Translations under genes and position numbers: made by a program
The notes under the pieces: generated by a model
What the model was told of the DNA's origin: nothing
The model's database searches: none
What the model saw: only the letters and a program-made list of their open reading frames with translations
Shown: in pieces, positions 52,538-64,000 of the stretch
Layout of the letters: the number at the start of each line of letters is the position of its first letter
Numbering within the stretch: the first letter of the stretch is position 1
Source of the DNA: Styela clava
Taxonomy: Eukaryota
Reading direction: 5' to 3'
Length of the DNA stretch: 64,000 nucleotides
Assembly (NCBI RefSeq): GCF_964204865.1
Contig: NC_135259.1
Span: forward strand, 6,758,001 to 6,822,000

Positions 52538-54208
52538 ATGGAGCATTCCAACAAAAATAGTGATGATTGTGAAAAAATTGAAAAGATCTCAAAAGTTGAA
52601 GAATTGGAAGAATTGGGATTTCCGTCTGATTTTATTATCAAAGTCGAAGAATTTTCTTTTCCTGTACATCGAGTAATCATAGCTGCTGCATCTAACTATT
52701 TTCGTCTTATTCTGTCTAGTCAGATGAAGGAATCTAAAGATGGTTGTGTTGATATGGAGGAAGTTGACCCACATGCAATCAAGAAATGCATTGCTTTTAT
52801 GTACCATTCAGAAATGCCAATTGCTCTTACTGAAATAGAGGACGTTATTCACGCTTCCAAACTAATAAACTTGGATAGACTTGCTGAAAAATGTTTCTAT
52901 CAATTAAACCAAGAGTTATCTCCAGATACTTGCATTGTGTCATTGAAGTTAGCCAAGTTGTATAATCGAAACCAGTATGAGTTACAAAATTATATTTTAA
53001 AGAACTTCAGAGCTATAGTTGCCTCTGATATGTTTCCATATATAGATCATGATGATCTAGTAGATTATATCGAATTTTTCAGTGCAGGTGAAGATACCGA
53101 AAGAATTAAGTGGGAAGCAATTACAAAGTGGGTAAAATTTCAATCGGATCGAAAAGACAATTTCCCCAGCCTTTTTCAGCTCATGAACCTGGATCTGCTA
53201 AGTCCACAATTTCTTCAAGAAAGCGTACGAACCGATCCACTTGTGAACGACTCCGTGGACTGTATGAATATTATGATGGAAAGTTTACTTCCACATACAA
53301 AATTGCGACAAAACATCATGAATAACACAGCAACAACCCCAAAAAATATTCATATAGCATGCTTGAACCTACGTGAGGGTTCAATTGATGCCTTCAATGT
53401 GCGGTCAAAGGGATGGTGTCGCATTTCTGGTTCTCCTATAACAGGACAATACAAGTTTGGCAGTATTTGTAGTTGTCTATATATTCTGGGTTATAATGGT
53501 GATTTCTTCATATTTGACAATAAAAGAGAAACATGGATTCGCAAACCAAGTGGAAGTCCTCATTACGAACACTTTTTTGTAATTGAGTTTCAAGGCAAAC
53601 TATTTGTGCTTGTAAAGCATCACACTTTATGCTATGATCCCATTCAAGAAATGTGGGAAGCTGAACGTCTGCCTGGTTGTCGGCTACGGTTCTTCTGTGC
53701 CGCCTCTTCTGAAGATTTTATTTATTCAGTCGGAGGTGCAATTGGGACTTTTTGCCAGTGGGATCAAGCAAGAAGATATGACCCGCTACGTAAGAGATGG
53801 GCAAAAATTGCTTCCATGAATAAAGAACGAAATGGATCAGCAGCGGCGTATGCCTGTGAAAAGTTGTATGTACTGGGCGGAGAATGGGACAAGAAATACC
53901 TGAGTACAGTAGAATGCTACAACCCGGATACTAACACTTGGACTAGTATTACAAATATGTGTGTAACGAGGGATGATCCTACAACTTGCGTCTCCGATGA
54001 TAAGATATATGTCGTCGGAGGAGCTAGGGATGAGGATGGCAATCCCGAACAAGATAATTCTATAGAATTATATGACGTAATTTCAGGCAAATGGGCTATT
54101 ATCTCAAAAGGCAGAATATACCCCGGACTCGTGCAATCATGCATTTATCCGAAGGATAGGCTCTCATCTGGGAATTCGGTAGAATCAGGGGGATGTAAGA
54201 CGCAATAA
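52538..54208 (+). CDS. BTB-BACK-Kelch (kelch-like) protein, intronless CDS
   Basis: SDFIIKV...FPVHRVIIAAASNYFR...MKES (BTB), then BACK, then Kelch repeats (IYSVGG...RYDP...W, LYVLGG...VECYNPDTNTW, IYVVGG...ELYD...W). Start placed at ATG 52538 because a strong acceptor TTTCCACAG ends at 52515; the ORF track start 52445 is probably intronic. AATAAA near 54407. Confidence 0.92.
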   Translation: MEHSNKNSDDCEKIEKISKVEELEELGFPSDFIIKVEEFSFPVHRVIIAAASNYFRLILSSQMKESKDGCVDMEEVDPHAIKKCIAFMYHSEMPIALTEIEDVIHASKLINLDRLAEKCFYQLNQELSPDTCIVSLKLAKLYNRNQYELQNYILKNFRAIVASDMFPYIDHDDLVDYIEFFSAGEDTERIKWEAITKWVKFQSDRKDNFPSLFQLMNLDLLSPQFLQESVRTDPLVNDSVDCMNIMMESLLPHTKLRQNIMNNTATTPKNIHIACLNLREGSIDAFNVRSKGWCRISGSPITGQYKFGSICSCLYILGYNGDFFIFDNKRETWIRKPSGSPHYEHFFVIEFQGKLFVLVKHHTLCYDPIQEMWEAERLPGCRLRFFCAASSEDFIYSVGGAIGTFCQWDQARRYDPLRKRWAKIASMNKERNGSAAAYACEKLYVLGGEWDKKYLSTVECYNPDTNTWTSITNMCVTRDDPTTCVSDDKIYVVGGARDEDGNPEQDNSIELYDVISGKWAIISKGRIYPGLVQSCIYPKDRLSSGNSVESGGCKTQ

Positions 54209-55919
54209 ATGAGTGACAATATTACAGCGTTAATGAGTAGTAATGTAGTGAAAACATGAAAATAATATTTGTCTTATATCTAATTCAATTTTTGCAAATA
54301 TAAATACAGAATATGTTCAATTTTAAATTTTTCAGCGGAATTACTCAAATTTAGCTAGATGATAATATAATGTTATCGAAAGTCAAAATATACACTTATA
54401 ATCCACAATAAAGGAATATCAGTTATATATAAGACGTGTCTTTAGAAGAAAGTCCAACATGTAACGCTATAGTGTCATAATAAAAAAAAACGGTTTCAAT
54501 TATTTACCCATGTTTCATGAAACATTTTATCTGTGGATGTGTATAATACTAAATCTTGTGTAGAAAATATAGAATGTTTATTCTGAATGGTAATTAACTT
54601 CTTTGTATTATTAGCATACTGAATTTAATGAAAACAGGTCAATTTGGCCTGTTTTTTTTGATGATTTATAAGAAACATGCCTATATGTAGTGCGGGCTAA
54701 GTGATAAAAAGATTGAGGACGTGTTTTTGGGCTTTGTTAAGAGTGATGAGAATAATAGTGTTTTTCATTTATCTTGCACTACCTAATGAGATTTCAACAG
54801 CATAACTTGTATTATGATTGAAGTGAAGTGTATATTTGAAAACATAGGTTCTCAAAGTGTTTTGTACTAATCCCCTGGGGTCTGTGAAGAAACCTAGAGG
54901 CGCTGCGAGCTATTTGTTTATTTTTCAAAATACTTCCTTGACTAATTTTGTATCTGTCAATAGAAGCAATAACAGAATTAATAAATTTGACTACAGTAGC
55001 GTCTAAATAGGGCAAAATTCAAAAATGAAATCGGAAATTTGAGTTGCACTTCCAGCACTTGATATTATTTTTAAGCAAGATATTGCCATTACAAAAATCC
55101 CAAGGTTGGTGTTAAAATCTCAATGAGTACAGTTTACAATGCACCCAATTCTGGCGACTTTGGTTGGACCATATTGGCAATATATTTTTAATAGAACATT
55201 TTCCTTACTGTTCACTGCCGTTTAGAAAATCCATCAATTTGGCAGTGGCAGTTGGCAATTAATATGGTGTTGCAATTAATTTTTATTTATTTATTCTCTG
55301 TTTTTATTTTTGTTTACTATGTAATATATCGTAAGTTTGTCGCCTTTTCTTACTTTATAATTTCTCTGCGGCTATGTGTGTGAGATTATTAAGTATTTTA
55401 TGTGAGTGAACATGTACCACTTCTTCTTGGTTAAACGTCCCATCTTATATAATGTACGTTTCAAACCTCGTCTGGGGTTTAAGACTTAGTTTGACTTTAC
55501 CGGGTATTGCGAACTGAGCAGAAAACGAAGAATGTATGATGACCACTATTTGAGCTTTATACTCACGACAGTGAATAGCAAAGTTATACTCCGATGCGTT
55601 TAAGCCTAAACAATCTGAGCAATGACGCTATGAGACCAACACTTTTACAGCGCCATCTTAATAAAATGCAATCTGCCCATCACAAAAGCATTTTTTCATA
55701 AAAAAAAGGGGGAGCGAAGTTTGTAAAAAATTTTCAACGGGTGGCGGCTCAAAAAGTTTATAAACCACTGTTCTAAATCACCCTGTTGCTTTTCACACAT
55801 CTCCAGCCTGCTAATTGCCTTCTGGATCTTAGGAAAGATTAGAGCCACGTCATCTTGGAACTTGATGATATCCTCAGACTTGTTAGAAGCAGACAGTTGA
55901 GTTGAACGTTCCAATAGCT

Positions 55920-56213
55920 CAGTGGTTCTTGAAGTAATTTATATATAAATTATATAAATATATAATTAATATATAATTATATAAATATATAATTTATCCG
56001 TGAAATTTAGATTTATTCATGACTTGTATTAACTCTATTAAATAAAGTTTAGTATTTAAATTAAGTGAAGTCATTTTCACTTACTCAGAAACATTTATCG
56101 GTAAGTAACAATGTGCTTTTCGTTTAATTTATATTTAAAATTTAAATTGGGGGTCCGTGAATAATTGTCAACCTCCTTACGGGCTCCGTAACACCAAAAG
56201 TTTGCGAACCCCT
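55920..56213. mobile_element. Degenerate hAT-like MITE containing an AT microsatellite
   Basis: CAGTGGTTCTTGAAGT ... GGGGTCCGTG...GGGCTCCGTAA...AAAGTTTGCGAACCCCTG. A second right end (AAAGTTTATAAACCACTG) lies at ~55770. Confidence 0.45.
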
Positions 56214-57494
56214 GTTTAATATATTTAAATCAATTGATTGTGCAACTTTGCAATACGAACATTTGGACTTACAATCTATTATGGGCTCTATTGACATCTG
56301 AAAGCGTCAGATGGGAATTACTCCGCTGAAGTTCGTTAAATAGTACTGGTATGGGGAAACTAATATAGAGCCATCTTTTTCCTATACTGTCGTGTAAAAA
56401 ATTGTCATTATCCTCTACGGGAAACTACGGGAAAACAATGAACTGGAATAGAAGAGACTCCGTTGTTTCCAATTTTAGCGGATTGAAGAGTGGAAACGTG
56501 AATCTTTAAGCGAGGGTTTTTGAATAACATTCGATAGAATGTGGGAGCGACTCCAGAACTTAGGACAGGTAATCGATGGACGCGGATATCATATTATGGG
56601 TCTAAATATGAATCGGGAAATTAGCGACATTTGCAAACATTCTCAGTAAGAAGCTGAAGTTTCCAATACAGAATTTACTTTAAAACCATAAATCGCGAAT
56701 GTCAGCTTTTGAGATACATTCACATTGACGGTGAGAATTTGATATTCCGTATTAAGACATGATTACTGAATATTTTCAAATATATATAAGGGTACTTGTC
56801 TCAGCCTCAAGGCCGATCGTTACAACGACATCGGCCGATGCGCTCGACGATTTTGAATAACCTTTATCGTGCTGTTATAGTTTTACATACAGGGTTAATA
56901 CTTTTGTCTTTGCCCCTTAAGAACTGACTTCAATGAAGGTAATTTTTTTTGAACCACGTTCTATTGATATTCTGTTATAAATTAAATAATGTATTGTAAC
57001 AGTTTATTGAAAATTGTTTGAGACGTAGCTAAAATAACTTATTCATGTATTATCACTGCTGCGCCTACCAAAATTCGTTAGGGTTTTACATAGCCACAAT
57101 ACGTGAGGAAGACAAGATTAACACTATCATCTGACTCCATCTGCGACTGTTCATGTAGTAAATTTTGTGAGGCCACTCATGACTGAAGGATTCGAGAATG
57201 TGACTCGTGCACGTTGAATGACGCTATTTTAGTAATTAGATATAACAAAAGAGAACGTATGTTGTATTGTTTATGAAACATATTACACAAGTCACCCTTC
57301 CGTGCCATTTTCCGGTTACCAGTGAATTCTTTAATATTATATTATACCATTTTATAAATAGTGATCGGTGTCAAGCAAACAACTAATCTAAAATTTTAGC
57401 GGGTTATGTAATTGCACCATGCCTTGAAAAAGGATTACGATTGACCACGTTTACGAGGTAATGCAAAATTTTTGAAAAGCACCAGTATCTAATC

Positions 57495-57800
57495 CAGTAA
57501 TTTTTAACCGCGGTTCCGACAATATAGTCCAGGGGTTCCGCACGTTCCCATCCAAATCCGAGAGTATTCTATATTGATATATGTATATAGTTGATGTAAA
57601 ATTAAATGCCTGTCGATTTGCCACTTTTAATAAACTTTCTACACCTTAAAGATCATTTTATTTGGCATTTAGCTTTGTTTTTGAATGTGTTTGTAGTTCT
57701 TTACAATTCAGACAATTATTGAACAATTGCACAAGTGTTACTTGAGCCTCTGAAAGCTTACATTGGGTGTTCATCTCCATCAAAATGATTGGAACTACTG
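57495..57800. mobile_element. Degenerate hAT-like MITE
   Basis: CAGTAATTTTTAACC...GGGGTTCCG ... GATTGGAACTACTG with near-duplicated flanks ATCTAATC / GTCTAATA. Confidence 0.45.
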
Positions 57801-57804
57801 GTCT

Positions 57805-58890
57805 AATAGATTGAATTAGTACAAGATATAATTGGGTCAGCTACCGATTTTAAAACAAGAATGCAAGATCCAAAAAACAATCTTCGCCTGAATACCTAGC
57901 TGATATAATCAGAAAGCAATTTTCTATTATTCAGTAATGCATGAGGAATTTTTAACAATTTTGCAATCTTGGTTGGAGTTGCTGCCATACTTAGGGTATA
58001 TAAAGGGTATGGATCAATTATAAAACCTGATCAGATTTTTTATCTTATTGAAAATGCGTTTTTATCTGGTAGATAAACCATGAATATGAACGAAAAAAAG
58101 TATGGTGTGGCTAAAAAGTATAGCAGAAATGGCAGAAAATAGTCTACTGGAGTGAAAATTAAAAATCAAGGAAATACAAGGCCAAATATTTAATATATGG
58201 TTTTGATATTCAATCTTGCCTCATTTGAAGTTCCAACAATTGCCGCCCATATCACAATTATAAAATCAAATAGAGACGTTGCAACACATATACAACACGG
58301 TATAACTCGGTAACTTCTCAAGCCCAAGTCATAAATGAGAGGAAATTGAGATTGATCCAAATCTAAACTGTTGCATCGCCTAAAATATATATCTTTCCAT
58401 GTTATTTGCAAGAACAACATCAAATTATGCCTGTAAAAAAATATTTTTGTTCTGCATTTACTGATTTGAAAAGTTGACATTCTTCACGTGATTCTATTCA
58501 CAAAGGTGCGTGCTTTCACTCATCCGGTAAAATTAGATTTCTTTTCATAACGCTAGATGACGAGAACAATGTCTTGAAACATATTGAATGAAAGATTCTT
58601 CTGTGTCAACATCCGGCTATTAGAACGGTCCTAATTACCATAATGTACTGTATTTAGTATGTGAGGCTTATTGTTATATGATCGGTGCTATAAGCAAGGG
58701 GAAATGAGCAATATAACATAATAACCGGACCAAACCCATACGCTTTCTTCGGTAAATGCCGATGGTAATATGATGTGGCTGCAACAGTCGAGATCGAATG
58801 TCTTCTTTGAGCACAGGGGCCGAAAGTGTACAAGCATACAAAATATAAATACCGGTGCAAGTCTTTGCACTTTGCAATCCATTTTGAAAA
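57805..58890 (-). pseudogene. Possible decayed class A (rhodopsin-like) GPCR, TM3-TM7
   Basis: Frameshifted minus-strand pieces in the expected order: CKV..PVFIF/FVCLYT..RRHSISTVAATSYYHRHLPKK (TM3-ICL2-like), hydrophobic TM4/TM5-like segments, and LKSVADPIISC (NPxxY-like TM7). Confidence 0.3.
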
Positions 58891-59051
58891 CAATTATGTT
58901 TTCTATTCTTTTTGAATTTGGTCTCGCGAGCTGGAAAACAAAGATATGCGAACAGATATGATGACTGTATGAGAAACTTGATGACTTTCAGAAAAGTATT
59001 GAAATAATTGTTGTTTTATTAGATTAATTTACGATAAAAATTAGAGAAATT

Positions 59052-62016
59052 ATGTTTGCCAAAATTCTACTTATGTTGTCAGTCGTATCTTCAATTCGAT
59101 GTAATCAAGAGGAAAGAATGGACAACTTGATTCACCACTTGAGCAAATTTGTGGTAAGAAAGTTAAATCATAGATTTTGATATTGATTAGAATAGGGTTG
59201 GACTACTGAGTCAAATCATTTTTATGCCGTACAATAGCCGAACTTCAATGCATGTCACAACCTCGTTGTTAGTACTAGTTGCCGTGTATAAAACACAGAT
59301 GAAAAAATAAAATGAAATTGAAACGAAATTCATTTCAATTCTTGTGTTTAGTCTGAATGAATTTTTATTGTTATATATTTATTGTTATATATATTGTCTA
59401 TATATTTGATTTTAGGACGAAAATGCTGACCCGGAGTTTGATGTTGTAGATAACGAAGATGCCATGGCGGAAATTCGTAAAATAATTGAAGATCATGGAT
59501 TTAACTCTGACGATCTTTTATCTGATATAAGTTTCTTGTATGGAATTCCCGGTATTTTCAAATCAGGAGATGCAAAGAGATGGGCGAGCGTGAATTTTTC
59601 CTATCAATTGGCTTGTTATAGCGTATGTATCTGAAATTTAAAAAAAAAATATTAAACTTGACTCGCTTGCTTAAAAATCGTGTGCATTGCTATAACTTAA
59701 AATAAGTAATTGATCGCAATAGCTAATAATATGGTTTTGATTTGAAAAAAAAGTTGTTTTCGTTCGTATTCTAAATTTCGTTCTATTTAATGAGATTTTC
59801 AATGGTTTATTTATTTCTGATTTTTTTATACTCGTATACGCAATTTCGCATTTTTATTTGATTTAGGGAAAAACTGGTTCACTCTTATCACAAGCATGGT
59901 GGGCGTACACGAGATTCAATGAATACGGATGTTATTGCGGTGGAGGAAATTATTATGGAAATTATTTGGATGCCACCGACCAGTAAGTAAACAAAAATTA
60001 GTACATTCACCTTTTTTGCATTGCAGTAATCGCTTATTACGTAATAGGCTTTTTAAATGATACTCCCGTAGTGTATGTACCAGGTTAGGGTTAGGCCATA
60101 ATTTTATTCCGACTTTTCCTATTTTAGTTCTATTACGAGTTCGGGGACTGTCTGTGTTATTCAAGTGAATATACCCGCTGCCCATAGGTTTCAGTCCCTT
60201 TACACAAGTTGATGTAAAGTAGGCAAACAAAATTAGTTACCTTCATATTGGTACCCACACTTCTGGAGCGTCTTTTAAAGTGCAATCCTATATGATATAC
60301 CAGGATATTTAACAGTTAAAAAACAGGAAATACGATGTGTCTGATTGATACAAAATACGGCAGTGCTATAATGCCACGTTTCTTGTTTGTTTTAGTTGCT
60401 GTAAAGTGCATGACCGCTGCTACGATCGCGTTCAATCGAAATTCAAATTGGCACTCGGTTGTCATACCTACACAACACCTTACACCGTCTCTTGCTGCAA
60501 AGATCAAAAATACACCAAATGCACAGATTCAGGCCCAAGTAAAATTTTTTGCACATTATTTATTAATGTGCCGCTGATTGATTCATACAGATGAATGGAC
60601 GTATTTTTGAAAGAAGCCAAAATTCGAAACTAGCACGCTTGGCCACACACGCGTTGAAAGCTTTTCAGAAAAATATGGTTATTCATAAATTTGGCTCGAA
60701 TTTTGCCTTGAGTTTGAATTGAACGAAGAGACCTATTTAATAGTAATATCATGTCAAAGTTGATCAGCGCTCCATAATCGATGTGCCTTCAGTGGGACTA
60801 TACAATGTAACCCAAATGAGAATGAAGTGAGAGAAGAAATGCTTTTACAGCGCTATGGCATTAATTGTTTCATATATATGATTTAGCTTTCCTTACCGAA
60901 CCGACAATGTAATTAAACTGTTTTCATAACAGGTGGCGGAAGGGGGCTTTGTGAATGTGATCAGGCTATGGCAAAATGTGTGGCAGCAACAAAAGGCAGT
61001 TACAATCCGTCATTATTAAAGAACAGAAGTAACTGCAGAGACCCTAACGGGAAGAAATCAAAACCCTTGAGCCCATGGGAGATTTTAAAAACATGCAAAC
61101 ATGCATTCTCTCCTGCTGTTACCGTCCCGCTTACATACGGGTGAGTAGACTAAAATATCACCTACCTTTATAAATTTCTACGCGTTGTTGAACCATTCCA
61201 TTAAATGTCACATTTGCAATTAATTCTATGCAATCCAATACCACAGCTCATAAAGTATACTGAACACAAAATCTAATATATATATATATATTTGCTGTAA
61301 TGTTTTCTTTACAAAAACTAATTCAAACAAACAGCATTTATCAGGAATTGATTTACTTTTGTATCTACACTGCTAAATTAAACTAACCACAGTGATTCAT
61401 CGAAGAACCCAGCAGAGCACAACTTAACTGCTGTGTTTAATATATATATACAAAGCCAGTTTTCTCCAATGTCACTAGGGTACAACTTTCGGTGGTGAGA
61501 AATTTGTTGTATTCATTGTTCGTTTTTGATGGTACAGACTCATGTTTAACCGGTGTCTGTTTGGACATTACTTGTGTAACTCAATATTCTCCATACTAAA
61601 TTAATACTCCTGGCTGATGGTACATATCACAATTTTCTTTGTCTAAGTGCATGAGCTATTCCGCCACACCAGATTTTATTTTGAGGTTCATAGGTTATAT
61701 CCAGAAAAAGTCAGTATTGTGTGACGTATGAACAAAATGCTTGTGTCACACATTGAGAATTTGTACTTCTGTTAATTTTTCCTACACATCAATACAATGT
61801 TCATGTAACTTTTTGAGCGTCCAGCAGGGATTTGCCAACAGCCCTACACCCTATAAATAGTTTTATAGGCCATAGAAAAATATCTACTACCCTCCAAATT
61901 TGCGTATCTTCCACTTATAAGTCACTGTAACACTAAAATTAATCAATATTAATATTTTCAGTTCGCAAGGCACTTGTCCCAAGAGTGGAGGAAGTAGTGG
62001 GTGGTTTTGGGGGTGA
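59052..62016 (+). CDS. Secreted phospholipase A2 (group I/II/X-type fold) precursor, 6 exons
   Basis: Phase-consistent exons 59052-59153, 59416-59622, 59867-59982, 60396-60538, 60933-61140, 61962-62016. Ca-loop YGCYCGGG, catalytic DATDHCCKVHDRCY, second-Asp helix LCECDQAMAKC. Signal peptide and acidic propeptide ending in KR. Confidence 0.9.
60062..60270. mobile_element. MITE with internal GGTTAGGGTTAGG motif, in PLA2 intron 3
   Basis: Imperfect TIRs CTCCCGTAGTGTATGTACCA / TGGTACCCACACTTCTGGAG. Shares ACCAGGTTAGGGTTAGGCC with the element at 63884. Confidence 0.6.
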
Positions 62017-63883
62017 TGAGACACAGAAACACTCCAGTATATGAATAATCTCAAGAAACACAAGAAAATTGTATATTTATCTCAAATGTATCCACCTATA
62101 TATATATATATATATATACCAGAGATGCCATCGTTGCTCAGATTATCATATTGATTGAATTTAAGGATGCAGCTTTTGATGGATACTTTAACATCAGTCA
62201 TTGTGTCGTTTTTCTTTCTGTGATGGTCACCGATTACAATTATTTATCCAGAAGAAAACGTCGACAGTTGTTCAATAGTTTGAACGTAAATTTGATACTG
62301 TTAATTCTCAAATTGTGTTTTGGATTCTTCAATCACATGATGTGCAATTTAAAAAATATAAATACTAAATTCGTACCAGCTTTTAGTTGAAAGGCTCGCG
62401 CGAAAGATTGAAATTATAGTAACTATCCCGAAAGTGGAGTGGCGTTCGTCCTGAATTTCTGCCCTATGTATTTGAAACTTATTCATGTAAATTCATGTGA
62501 AAAATTTCAGAAATAAAATATGATTTCTACATACCTTTAGGTGGTGAATGTTAATCAAGAAAGTCGTAATTGTAATTCGCAATTTTGAGTTGGTAAATTT
62601 TAACTGAATAAAATAAATATATGTAATACGGATTGTTTATTTAATTTGAACTTACCCTCATTTTTTTTCTTTTTATTTGCTATGGCTAGCGCAGTTACAA
62701 AAAAAAAAAAACATAAAGTTATAAAATATAGATCATATATTAGCGACCAACGTAAATATACATATACGAAGCTTCGGAGGTTCACATGAGTAGTGTGAGA
62801 CAAAAATTACAGATTTGAAGACGTTTCATCCCGTTAATATCCGTGTATATGCGGAAAATAAGTCGATTTCTATTGCTACTAATTACTGAAATCATCTCTT
62901 TTGCATTCTCTTACTTTTCTATTCAACTTCACTAGTACTTAAAGAAACCTATTGAACTCTAACTAACATTCGTTTTTTGTAATTTCCATTCCTATTTACA
63001 CATTCAGTAGTTTACCTAAAAACCACGCTCCTCTTGGGAGTTTCCCAATTATTTGATGCAAGGATTTGCACACGAGTTACTCGCAGTCGCAGAATAATAG
63101 AAAATTCGAAGAATTGCTCAAAATATCACAGACCAAAATTATAAAAACAAGCATTCAAATTTCATAAATAAACAACATTGCTACGTTCAATGTATATTTA
63201 CCTAAAACCAATCTAGACGATATTTTAATACATTCACGTAATATCACTTTATACTTCTATAGTTAGGTATGTGAATGAGGTCTGAATGACATGTGTAATG
63301 TGTTAAAAATCTCTCCTCATCTCCAAAGCCAACTACCTCTACTTCCACCGTTTGGACAACTACCTTGGGACCTAAAAATAAAAAAGTTAATATCAATCAA
63401 GATCAAAATTGATTTTATGATAATATGAGAGAAGCTTTCCAGTGTTGCCAGTGTGGCAATTCGATTTTGTAAAAGAGACGAAAAATGTATATGGATGCAA
63501 ACCTACCCGTATGTGAGTGGAAATTTAACATTTGGGTGAAAAGCATGTTTGCAGGATTTCAGCGTTTCCCAGGCAGTCATTGGTTTCCTGTTAACTCCAC
63601 TGACGTTTTTGCACTTGCTCCTATTTTTCATCAGATCTGCATTATAAGTCTTAGCATTCTTAGCCGTGCATCTAGCCATATTTTGATCGCATTCACATAA
63701 TTCCCTTCCAGCACCTATATATATATATTATACATACAATTAACACTGTAATTTCAGAGTGTAAAATTAGGTCCATATGAACTCTGCATTTGATACCGCG
63801 GTAGGCTTGCTGCGTACATTAATTCCACCGAAACTTAAATGTATTCTGGCTACGACATTTGCTTAGCAAAATCATTTTCTGGT

Positions 63884-64000
63884 ACCCCCGAAGTATGTGA
63901 ACCAAGATGGCGGACACCGGAACGTAGGATGTTTACCAGGTTAGGGTTAGGCCCTACTTTCAGATACAAATACTACGGGAGTCATTTGGCTAGTCCCAGA
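63884..64000. mobile_element. Related GGTTAGGGTTAGG-containing repeat, truncated by window end
   Basis: CCCGAAGTATGTGAACCAAGATGG start resembles the TIR of 60062-60270. Identical ACCAGGTTAGGGTTAGGCC (63935-63953) and inverted ACTACGGGAGT. Confidence 0.6.

Noticed and set aside
54812-56650. Short coding-like stretches between hAT relics
   Set aside because: Stop-riddled, on both strands, and no family recognisable.

Overview
AT-rich, intron-containing invertebrate (metazoan) genomic DNA. Compact GT-AG introns, the gene set and the MITE/SINE landscape suggest an ascidian/tunicate, which is an inference. No prokaryotic features, CRISPR arrays, rRNA or functional tRNA were found. Most ORF-track entries are spurious or single exons, so gene models were assembled by hand from splice signals and reading-frame phase. 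Left to right: a divergent secreted lipocalin (minus, 6 exons, one GC-AG intron); a secreted protein built as signal peptide + short collagen + coiled-coil neck + F5/8 type C (discoidin) domain (plus, 5 exons); a single-pass CUB-domain membrane protein with a long K/R/E-rich tail (minus, 8 exons); a frameshifted secreted orphan; the Notch-target bHLH-Orange gene Hey (minus, 5 coding exons, no YRPW) with clustered Su(H)/RBPJ and E/N-box sites; an ASIC/DEG-ENaC channel gene with an in-frame TGA (probable pseudogene); an intronless BTB-BACK-Kelch gene; a possible decayed GPCR; and a secreted phospholipase A2 with a long acidic propeptide and a C-terminal extension. Introns and spacers hold many non-autonomous DNA transposons with TA or 8-9 bp TSDs, a tRNA-derived SINE interrupted by a TSD-flanked poly(A), and a Helentron-like element. 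The best novelty candidate is the collagen-neck-discoidin protein. It has collectin/ficolin architecture and carries the P-G-K-X-G-P MASP-docking motif, so it may be an undescribed discoidin-type recognition molecule of the lectin complement pathway.
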